Assembly (NCBI GenBank): GCA_040954595.2 | Contig: CM082590.2 | Span: forward strand, 7,874,001-7,938,000 | Origin: Balanoglossus misakiensis | Taxonomy: Eukaryota > Animalia > Hemichordata | Direction of reading: 5' to 3' | DNA length: 64,000 nt | In this document: positions 1 to 11,600 of the stretch, one piece after another | Layout of the letters: the number at the start of each line of letters is the position of its first letter | Position numbering within the stretch: the stretch's first letter is position 1 | Notes under the pieces: model-generated | The model's input: the letters and a program-made list of their open reading frames with translations, nothing else | Told to the model about the DNA's origin: nothing | The model's database searches: none | Translations under genes and position numbers: made by a program

Positions 1-417
1 TTATTAATCTTACCTCTAGCTGTTGGTTAAACTGGTGTTTGGCTTCAAAATATGGCCTGTAATGAGACAAGATAAAGCATTTGAGTCAAAGACCTTCAAT
101 TCTCTGTACATAGCTGCAACCTCACCATTGAAAACAATTAGGACAGGCCACTGCTATGGTGAACACCCTCGTTTCTCTGTGCATAGGTGCAACCCCACCA
201 ATGAAAAGCATAGGTTAAAACCAAAAGATGCGCGAACACCTTCATTTCCCTGTACATACAAAAACCTTTTCACCCCCAGTTCTCGTTGTAGCGGTCCAAC
301 TTTTCCCATAGGAAACAATGTATTTGGACCAAACCATGGTAGTGAAAGGGTTAAACCCCACTGTTGCCATGCTGAAGTTGAAAGTTTGAAATACGAGTGA
401 TTGGAAACTCTACATAC

Positions 418-2501
418 CGTGATTTACTGATATTTTTCTTCAGCGACCTCTGCAATTTCTTGACCAGTCTCTCAGCCTCGTCAAATTCAGCTGCTGTTCT
501 CTGATGATCCAATTCAACCACTGCTCTCTCGTGCTCTGCCTCGTTGACCTGAACAGCAGAAAGACTGAAAAATTCACCTGTTTCCCTTTTTAGAGGTCCA
601 ACTTTATCAGAGAAAACAATGGTTTGGACCAAACCATGGCAGTGAAAGGGTTAACTTGTCATGTGAAATTTGTCTCAAACTTCAGATCAACTGTTTTGCA
701 TTATATTTCATTTCCATGACCTCAAAATGACCTTGCATCACTGTACTTCATGTTGGGACAAGAAACGTATAAAACAGAGTCAACCTTGTAATTCAGTTCA
801 TAATTCATTGACAACAGATGCACTTTACAGAGATTGTGTAGAGGTTTGAGTCAACCTGAAACAGAAGTATGATGATGTAAGGTCACGAAGATGGCCTTTA
901 GTTTTTCGAACAATGCTTGCTGCTAACAATTGGCCCACAAGTGTGATGTTTTGCCATTGAAGCTCACCTTCATAGTCGCGTGGTTCAGCATTTCCTGCCA
1001 GTTTGCGTCAAACGTTCTCTTCTCCACAATCAAGCCATGTTCAGCCACATCCACCATCTCCTTGGCAGCAGCCAGCATGCTGTTGGCTCTTTCAAACTTC
1101 AATGCTGCGTCCTGAATGGCTTGCTGAGCCTATAAACAGAAAATACAGTATTATCCCTCAAGTAAGCTCCACTAAACAACATGTTCACATCTAATCAATA
1201 AAAGTTGGTGCATCATTCCCGTGAACTCTACTTTACTCACATTTTTGGCGGTCTGTCTGGCCTCATAATAAGGTCTGGCCTTCTCGATGCAAGAGCCCAA
1301 CTTTTTGCCATGGCAATTCAGGATGTTGGTCGACTCGTTCAGAGATTGTCTGAATGCTGCACGTGCTTCCTAGATAGAAAAAATAATTGAGACTTGGATT
1401 TTAATTTTGCATACTGCTACATTGTTTAGCATTCTAAGACAGCGTGCCATCCATTTCTGCCCCAGTATAGACAAGATCATATGATTTCAATTTTGACTTT
1501 GAACACAATATAGTATGTCACATTAACTAAGAATATGGATTACAGCTAAGGTGCATGTATTTTACTCACATCCAGTTGAACTTCCAGTCGGTTGATTTCA
1601 TCTGTGGCCTTGTTGAGTTGTTCCAATTCTTCCTGAAATCAATCAATCAATCAATCAATATATCAACCAACAAATTTAAATATTGGTTTGGTTCAGTTAT
1701 TGTGTTGACTACTGTCCTGTCCTGTATTTTGAATGATAAGGTCAATCCATGTACCTGCACTACAGAACTCCACTAGGTGTACAACAGTTATATGCAGATC
1801 AGCTTTGCACCCTTGACATTGCTCCCAGGGTCCACAAACAAATATAATTTGCATGATCGAAATTGATCCCATAACTCGGAACAGGAAGCCCTGTCGCGGA
1901 AACAAGGAATTTGTTTCCTTGTACACATGTATTGCACAGCGATCAGAATTACTGTCAAAGGAAAGTTCTGCTTTCTGAATGTTTTACAGACATGTCAGGT
2001 CTGAATCACAAAACCATAAAACAGGACAGAAACAAAACTGATTTTAAATGGAAAACGCACTGATACAAATAGATCACCACATTAATATTATAAGCAATAT
2101 GATACATTTCAATTTGATGACAACCGGCCATTTAAGATAAAGGCTTGTAAGCCATTCATTACATTGGCAATTTAGTCCAGCTAAAATACAGAAATTTAAA
2201 AAAAATGAGGTGGACAAGATTGGTATAATTTGTTTAATGTCACTTATTCGTTAATTTCTCCCATTGTTAATTTCTCTCATTGGCAAACCATCGCAACGAT
2301 CACTCGAGTCCATATCACACCAACGCATAGACCCAGTTTGATTGAGAAATAAGCCCTAACTTCGATTTCCAAGAGTGCGATCGCTTGTTAAGTACGTTAA
2401 ATAAAGACTACCTTTACTCGGGGGTCCAGGGTTTCTTCGTCCGAATAATTATCTCCCTGTTCGTCGCTCTCAGCTGTCGTGTCATCACGAACCTCGGCCA
2501 T
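418..2501 (-). CDS. SH3BP5L: SH3 domain-binding protein 5-like (Rab11 GEF, SH3BP5/parcas family); 5' five exons, gene continues off the left edge
   Basis: Exons 2501-2412, 1632-1570, 1369-1241, 1129-968 and 548-418 have GT-AG boundaries and join in frame: MAEVRDD...LDPRVK-EELEQLNKATDEINRLEVQLD-EARAAFRQSL...LGSCIEKARPYYEARQTAKN-AQQAIQDAALKFERA...WQEMLNHATMK-VNEAEHER...KKNISKSR. The motifs LGSCIEKARPYYEAR and WQEMLNHATxKVNEAE are typical of SH3BP5L. Confidence 0.9.
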
Positions 2502-3274
2502 TTTGAAAAGATAAACAAGTGAGGACAGTCTCGGCAGATCTCGCGTGTGCGGCGCTCTCGTAATATACGAGATTTGATACACAATCCTTCAAGAAGTAAG
2601 TTCATCGCGAAGAATAGATTCGGATAAAATGAAAGTCTACAAAGAAAAATATATAAACTAGTTCTTCCAAAGAAACCCTAAACGAAATAAATTCGGACTG
2701 TGCTGCACCAACTGCGTGATGAACAGTCATTTATGTAGGGACTATGTAAACGTTGGTGGCGCTATAGGTTAGGGGTTGACCAGTTGATTTTTGGGGGGAT
2801 GTTTTTTTGGGGGGGTGGGGGTGGGGGGGGCGAACATTCTACTGCAATGCCTTGACATACCCTCATCCCCCAGAAATCAAATAGTTCTCCCCTTATTATA
2901 AAGGTATACAGTCACCTCTAAATAACATGTGCCCTATATAGATATGGCTTAAACAGCATGTCTGGGTTCTCTGAAAAACCTGGTGCAGCTGTTGTTTTGT
3001 ATGGCCACCCACTGAAAAATCTGTGATTGTCTAGATCTCCACTTTCCATGATAACTGTGGCTAAATTTACATAAGTGACCCTATAATTTTAAGGTTTCTT
3101 AATAACTTTCCAAAAATACAAATCTTAAGTTTTCCCTGAAATACATGTCAATATGTAAAGATGCTATCTTCAGTCTTGCCTGATAAACAACTGAATTTTA
3201 AAGTTTAGAAGTTTCTGGTTGCATAGAATATGAACTGATTGTCCATGGAATCTACTGGGGAATGGGGGAGGGAG

Positions 3275-3410
3275 TAGCCTGGCCCCAGACATACCAGACA
3301 TATTTGATTTCTGGGGGGATGAGGGTATGTCAGCCTGGCCCCAGACCAGTGTGTTTTTAGATATATAGAATTTCTATATATCTAAAACACACTGGTCTGG
3401 GGCCAGGCTA
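3275..3410. mobile_element. Short non-autonomous DNA transposon with TIR TAGCCTGGCCCCAGAC and 9-bp TSD (possibly AcademH-like)
   Basis: gggagggag (3266-3274) | tagcctggccccagac ... gtctggggccaggcta | gggagggag (3411-3419), with a near-perfect internal palindrome at 3332-3409. Confidence 0.75.
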
Positions 3411-4333
3411 GGGAGGGAGCACAGTCTGGGGAAATTCCATTCACCTTTAGATGACTTTTAATCCCCATTTGTCTCTTGCACGACTTTTATGTATGTCAAC
3501 TTGAGCTGTGACCCATCACTTAGTAGAGTTTGGACATCACCTGATTGGTATGTGGTCCAAGGGCCTGTAGCAGGGATATGCACTTATCAAAACGTGTGGC
3601 TTTGGTCCAAAAAAACATCACTTCTAAATTTTTGTCACCAGATCTGTGTGATACCAAGAGGCGACTGATTGGTTGGTGGTCATCGTATGATTATCTTGGT
3701 CTACCAATAAAATAAAGTTCTCCTGAGAATCATAAGAGTTGCTGCCTTCCTATCTATACGTTAGTTCCAACTTGAAGTCGTTCTCGCAAGTACCCAGTCC
3801 CGCCACCAAGACACTTTATGGTGAGTACATTTTATTACAGTTTTATGTTAACATGAGAAATAGGAAGCTCCCTTATGGAAACAAGCAATTAGTTTCATTA
3901 CATTGCATAGACATAATTTTTAAAAGCTTTGAGTCAATTTTGGGATTTCTAGTAATTTCGCTGAGTCAGCCCTATAGCTTTGCATGTATTGTGGATAATT
4001 TTCTTGGTTCACCAGTGAGTTTGTTGAGTCAGTGGCCTGTCAAATGGGCTTAGAAGGCTCGCTGTCCATCACTCTGTGGCAAGAGAAAGTTTTAAGTTTT
4101 GCTAATGCTTTTAATGTACTTTATGGCAGGGATAATGAAACAGAACAGAAAAAAAAAATCGAATGGAAAATGCAATCAGGCACCACTGTTCAATTGATCG
4201 ACGCAATGTATGTACAGGGTTCATGCTAGTTAATTTAATTTTTACTTGCACATGCACACAATTGATACATTTAATTTGAGTATAAGTTTCTTTGCATGCA
4301 AATTTATACACTGTAAATTGGGTTATATTCACG

Positions 4334-4541
4334 ACTGTAAAACAGGTTATTTTTGCGACAGGAAATTTTCGCGATCTCAGAAGAGGCAACTGTTATGCGA
4401 GGAGTAATTTTCATGTTCTCGTATTTCACTGCATCAGTATCGCTTGAAAAAAAATTACGCGACTTTTTATTTTCACGTTTTTTTTTGCTCTCGCGTATTT
4501 CCCAAAAATTTATTGCTCGCTAAAATAACCTGTTTTACAGT
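4334..4541. mobile_element. MITE with terminal inverted repeats actgtaaaacaggttatttt
   Basis: actgtaaaacaggttattttt-gcga ... tcgc-taaaataacctgttttacagt, with internal ttttcgcg-like motifs. Confidence 0.7.
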
Positions 4542-5642
4542 ATACATGGCACTGAAACTCAATACATGTAGTTGTCACATTTTAGAATGTCCGTTCCCGT
4601 AGTTAACAAAGCTTAAATAATGGAAACTTGCCCATATCAAACCTTATAATGGAAACGAGAATCATTACATGTAATTAATTTGTAGTTTCATTTTCCTTGA
4701 TGTTCTCTTGACTTGAAATCCAGTCAGTAGTTTATTTTCTGTAAACAAATATGTACAAGCATGTCTCCAACCTCATCTTGTGCTTGGCAGCAAAATGTTC
4801 CACTTGAATTGGCGATAATACCCTGACTGTACCGCGATCGTCGCCTCGTGATACCACCTCACAGATAAAATCCTAGCTACACAAAACTTCAAAGTTATTA
4901 AACAGGTCCCTCCTACTTCAGTGTAACTTTGTGCCAGTTACTTTTGAGTTAATATGCAAGCTGTCTTTTAATACTTAAAGTTTAATAGTTTTGGGTGCAG
5001 TGTGGCTACGTTGTGACATTTAACACAGGTATTAATCACATTCGTGGCTGTGGTCCAAAAAAACAACTTGTTCGAACATATTATCTTAATGCTTAACTTT
5101 AAAGTCACCGCATTTGGATGATACCAAGAGGCGATATGATATGATCAGGACCATGCATAATTGCCAAGTGGAACATGTACCTGTCCTCTCTGACAAGTAG
5201 GGCGCTCCAGGGGTGGGTGCTGATGTAATTTTATGTGTTTATATAGGCGTGGAATGTACAGTCCTTCATTATAGGTATATTTCACCTGGCAATCAGTGAG
5301 TGTAGACATCTATTTTGTTTAATAGTCTATATTTGGTGTATAGCTGTGTGAAACTTGGAGTTTCTGCAAAATTGAAAAAAGTTCTGGGACAAATTCGTGT
5401 GAGTCATGATCTTGACAACTAGAGGCTGAATTTTCTTTGTATGGCGTTATAGCAGTGTATTTCCTTATTACTTATTGACTTTTTACAGACGTGACCCATG
5501 CATGCAGTCTTCAAAATTACATTGATTATCCAGCCCGATGACACCATAGAACTGGAAGCGCTGGCTAACAGTTGTTGGTCTCAAGACCAGTGCATGACGT
5601 AATTTGTTTTATGTATTCCGATGCAAAGTCAATGACATAACC

Positions 5643-8600
5643 ATGGCTTTCCAGAAATATAAAGACCCATGGGTAAGTGGCCTGTGAACTAAGTTGCGTA
5701 ATACATTTATCACCCCCCCCCCCCCCCCACACACACACACACACACTGATTTAATTGTAACTGGTGTTTCAGAATAATGTCTGCAGTCTACTGAGATAAT
5801 TCATGATTCCAGTGGACTAAAGCATTTGACGGATGCAATTTTTATGTGTACACACATTGTCAAAACTATAAATTGACATATTGTCGATGAAATTTAACAC
5901 TTTAAAGTTCAATCAAGTGCAGTTTCATAAATCAAACTGCTTCAACTTGGCATTTGCTTGCCAATTAATTTGTATGTATTTTATATTCAGGCCTTGATGG
6001 GAGTACAAAATCAATGCATTGATTTGTTTGGTCATTCCGAAAATGTTGAGGGTCGATGAACATTATATTGACCAGTTGCTAATTAGGCTATGGCAATCCG
6101 ATGAAACCAGACTGGAGATGGCATGAAATAAACATATTATTGCCTGATTTTGTACGTTTAATAGGTGGTGCATTTTTGTCTAAATTTCAACTATATTTTC
6201 AAAATAATCTGTATTTTTGTCCGGAAGAAATGCTGTCTTGAAATTTTGCAAAACAAACAATGTCAGTTCTACCTGGGAGTGCCGACACAGGTTTTTGCGT
6301 TTCAGTTTGCATGCTGCCCTTTAGAGATTCTGTTTTATCTTGTTGAAGAATACTCACACAGTCTAGTGTTTCCCCACTATATGATGTCATCATGTTGTCC
6401 ACAGTGTGTCACGGTTTGTCTTCATTATAATGAAGATTTCAATATTTTCCTAGCATATTTTAAGAATATTTAAAAAAATGACAAGTTTTGCTTATTGAAT
6501 GTTACAGGTTCTCACCGATGCTGCATGGGATGGTGACATTGCAAAGATTCAGTCGCTGATAGCTGGTGGATATGATGTCAATAAAGCAAACCGTAGCTGG
6601 GTAAGTGTTTCATATCGACCGAAAGTCATCCCTAGTAACAATAACACAAGGATAACCATTTGTGAAACAGCACAGAATTGGAATTCTAGTATCAGAATTA
6701 TAATTAAGCTATAACCCCCGCTGCAGGTGGGTATACATGAGATTTTGGTACAATTCGAGACATATAGCACGAACCGTCAGGCGAGTGCTATATGGAGCGA
6801 ATTGTACCAAAATCAAGTTAGTTTTATTGCTATTATATTATATCACAACTGATTTTGTGGCATATCAGTGTCATTATCTTAACAAAACAGCGTCAGAAAA
6901 AGAAGTTACGATCGTGAACCAACATGGCGACGATGAATGTAAACACGAGCGGCCCAGGATCGAGCATTAAACATGAAGCAGACGACAAAAAGAGACAAAA
7001 ATGCAACAAGTGATTTTATGTTATTTATTTGGTTTAATCCCACGCGACTGTGGTTTAACTCCACATTTTCTCTGCGGCATGCTAGTTCTGGGGCGCGTTT
7101 TACTTACCACTGCCAGCAGTGGTAAAACAGTATTTTACCATTGCTCTAGTCCAATCAGAATGGTGGACGGTAGCATGATATAATATAATTTCCATTTTAG
7201 CATTACTTAATTGTGATAGGAAATACCTTTGTAAAAAACATCTTTCTTACTGAAACTATCTCAATAGGTATAAATTATCAGATCAATCATTCACTCTCAT
7301 ACATGTACAGTGAATTATCCACTCAACCTCAGAAAAAAATTACCATTATATTATATCATGCTACCGTCCGCAATTCTAATTGGACGAGAGCTCAATCCAG
7401 CGATGCTAAAATAATGCACTGCTGGCAGTGCTAAAACGGGCCCCTGAACTAGCATGCAGCAGAAAAAATGTGCGGTTAAACCACAGTCGCGCGTGTTTAA
7501 ACCAAATAAATGAAACAAAAATACTGTTGAATTAACGGACGTTTTATTTTGGAACTGCTCTGTGGAAATATTTGTCACTTTGCCACGCGCGATGCCCGTC
7601 TTGTCACTTTTTGCCGTGTGCTTCATGTTTAATGCTCGATCCCGGCCGCTCGTGTTTACATTCGTCGTCCCCATGTTGGTTCACGATCGTAATTTCTCTT
7701 TCTGACGCCGTTTCGGAAAGAATATGACACTGATATGCCACAAAAACAATTGTTGATATAATATAATAGCAATAACCCCCGCCTCAGTCGGGTATACACT
7801 CGATTTGGGTACAATTCGCTCCATATAGCACTTGCCTGACGGCTCGTGCTATATGTCTCGAATTGTACCCAAATCTCGCGTATACCCGCCTGCAGCGGGG
7901 GTTATTGCTTAATTATTATGATCATCGGGTTTCAAGTACATTTATTATAATATTTTAAGAGCTGTGCACTGAAGCATTTTTGGAGATCTTCAACAAAAGA
8001 TCAAACACTTGACACACATGCAGTGTATCAAATTGAATGATGATGTCATTTTTATTTCAACTTTAATTAAATGCCTTCATTCCAGATTGATTGCACAGCC
8101 TTGCATGCAGCGTGCAAGGCCGGGGAAGGTACATTGGATGCTGTCAAGGTGTTGATAAGCCATAGTGCAGACGTCAATGCTAAGAGTGCGGTATGTGAAC
8201 TGACTTATTACTTCATTTATAGGGGTAACGAAAGTGGCTACACATGTTGATTGACTTCATGGCCACAGTGGATACTCTGGAAGAATCTTTCATGGACAGT
8301 CATGGATGTCATGAAACATTTCTTTGTTAGAACCATGCATATCAAATGTTTTCTCTAAATTGCTGCAAAGACTGTGCAAATAATCATTTCTTTTGGGTGA
8401 ATGGTCACGACAGAAACAATCAAGAGCTTTATTATATTCTGCATATTAAAATAATTCCAAAAACTAAAACCAGACATTTTATTTGATCGAGAATGGCTGT
8501 TAACACTATTTTTCCTGATTTTATTTCCGATTTTTCGATTGGCTAATCTAAACCCAGCCCCAAGTTTACATTTCCTCAGCCATTGGTTCTTGTACTTGAC

Positions 8601-11600
8601 ATTGACTTTCCTTGTTTACAAGATTGCTTAGAATTCTATGCTATGATAGCAGACACCCCATGGTTAATGATCTTTCATTCCGCAATGTTTAGCTCGGAAC
8701 AGATCCAAGAGGCTGTCGAATTTACGAGAACTCAATGTAAAATCGACAGTTTAAGAGACAACAAGTAGAAGCCATTTCGTTGTGCACTGGCGGAAGGATA
8801 CCCTCGTCATATTTTTTATTGTCTTCATCAAAGACAAATCAGATCAGATTGCACTGCTGATGACTACATATGTTGAAGGCTTTTCCTTCTAATAGGGTCA
8901 ACTACGGAATTTGCTTTTAATGATACTACAGCTAACAGGTGTCCTATAAGGAAAAGCATAAATACCAAATCAGACGACAAAACTGAGACGAACCAATATG
9001 GATACTGTAACAATGAAACTCATCAGTTATCATGCTGAACCCAGACTATTATTAGTACATTCTCTTCTTAACAGGGCAGATTAAGTTTTGGGACGTTCAT
9101 GATTTAATCACCATTATGTTGTTGTGGAAAAAGAACAGGGCACAAAGTTCTGATGACTGCTTCTAGAACAGAACAAAATGTTTTCTTTCAGCCACACAGC
9201 AAGTCCACTTCATTTCACTATGCATTTCCAGGTTGTGGAGTGTCTGTGATTTCATACTGGCCTGTATGGCTTAATGGCACTAAGTGTTCACTCCAGTGTT
9301 GGAAAAATCTGTCAGTTTTTGATCACCTACGATATTGAGAGCCATAGGAATATCGCAGATGACATATTAAAAGAAATACAACATCAAACTAAATTAAAAT
9401 GCCAGTTTAAAGACTCTCTTTAAAGGAAACCTCACATTACATTTCAATTTTTGTGATATTGTTCTCATGCTCCTCCTTCATTACTTACAGGATGGAGACA
9501 CACCTTTGCACTATGCAGCAATGTTTGGTGATGAAGGTCGTGTCAGATTGTTATTGAAACACAAAGCTGATGGTAACATACAAAACAAGGTAAATTCCAC
9601 CATGACTTCTACAGGTTAATTCTAATCAACATATAAACATTTGTTTGTTTGTTTGTTTGTTTGTTTGAAGGAAACCTTGCATTACATTTCAATTTTTGTG
9701 ACAGTGTTCTCATGCTCCTCCTCCATTACTTACAGGGTGGAGACACACCTTTGCACATTGTTGCAGCAAGGTTTGGTGATGAAGGCCGTGTCAGATTGTT
9801 ATTGGAACACAAAGCTGATGGTAACATACAAAACAAGGTAAATTCCACCATGACTTCTGCAGGTTAATTCTAATCAACATATAAACATTTGTTTGTTTGT
9901 TTGTTTGTTTGTTTGTTTGTTTGTTTGTTTGTTTGTTTGAAGGAAACCTTGCATTACATTTCAATTTTTGTGACATTGTTCTCATTCTCCTCCTTCATTA
10001 CTTACAGGATGGAGACACACCTTTACACTTTGCAGCAAGGTTTGGTGATGAAGGCCGTGTCAGATTGTTATTAAAACACAAAGCTGATGGTAACATACAA
10101 AACAAGGTAAATTCCACCATGACTTCTACAGGTTAATTCTAATCAACATATAAACATTTGTTTGTTTGTTTGAAAGAAACCTTGCATTACATTTCAATTT
10201 TTGTGACATTGTTCTCACTCTCCTCCTTCATTACTTACAGGATGGAGACACACCTTTGCACATTGCAGCAAGGGATCGTGATGAAGTCTACGTCAAATTG
10301 TTATTGGAACACAAAGCTGATGGTAACATACAAAACAAGGTAAATTCCACAATGACATCTACAGGTTAATTCTAATCAACATATAAACATTTGTTTGTTT
10401 GTTTGTTTGTTTGTTTGAAGGAAACCTTGCATTACATTTCAATTTTTGTGACATTGTTCTCATTCTCCTCCTTCATTACTTACAGGGTGGAGACACACCT
10501 TTGCACATTGCAGCAAGGGATCGTGATGAAGTCTACGTCAAATTGTTATTGGAACACAAAGCTGATGGTAACATACAAAACAAGGTAAATTCCACAATGA
10601 CATCTACAGGTTCATTCTAATCAACATATAAACATTTGTTTGTTTGTTTGTTTGTTTGAATGAAGGAAACCAAGCTTGCATTGCATTGAATTTTTGTAAC
10701 ATTGTTCTCATTCTCCTCCTTCATTACTTACAGGATGGAAACACACCTTTGCACTCAGCAGCAGCAAGGAAAGGTGATGAAGGCCGTGTCAGATTGTTAT
10801 TGGAACACAAAGCTGATGGTAACATACAAAACAAGGTAAATTCCACCATGACTTCTACAGGTTAATTCTAATCAACATATAAACATTTGTTTGTTTGTTT
10901 GAAGGAAACCTTGCATTACATTTGAATTTTTGTGACATTGTTCTCATTCTCCTCCTTCATTACTTACAGGATGGAGACACACCTTTGCACATTGCAGCAA
11001 GGGATCGTGATGAAGGCTATGTCAGATTGTTATTGAAACACAAAGCTGATGGTAACATACAAAACAAGGTAAATTCCACCATGACTTCTACAGGTTAATT
11101 CTAATCAACATATAAACATTTGTTTGTTTGTTTGTTTGTTTGTTTGTTTGTTTGTTTGTTTGTTTGTTTGTTTGAAGGAAACCTTGCATTACATTTCAAT
11201 TTTTGTGACATTGTTCTCATTCTCCTCCTTCATTACTTACAGGATGGAGACACACCTTTACACTTTGCAGCAAGGTTTGGTGATGAAGGCCGTGTCAGAT
11301 TGTTATTGAAACACAAAGCTGATGGTAACATACAAAACAAGGTAAATTCCACCATGACTTCTACAGGTTAATTCTAATCAACATATAAACATTTGTTTGT
11401 TTGTTTGAAGGAAACCTTGCATTACATTTCAATTTTTGTGACATTGTTCTCATTCTCCTCCTTCATTACTTACAGGATGAAGACACACCTTTACACTTTG
11501 CAGCAAGGTTTGGTGATGAAGGCCGTGTCAGATTGTTATTGAAACACAAAGCTGATGGTAACATACAAAACAAGGTAAATTCCACCATGACTTCTACAGG

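Noticed and set aside
5643-9490. N-terminal kinase domain, which would make the gene a true DAPK1 orthologue
   Set aside because: No kinase motifs (GxGxxG, HRDxK, DFG) were found in candidate exons upstream of the ankyrin exons, so no gene symbol was assigned.
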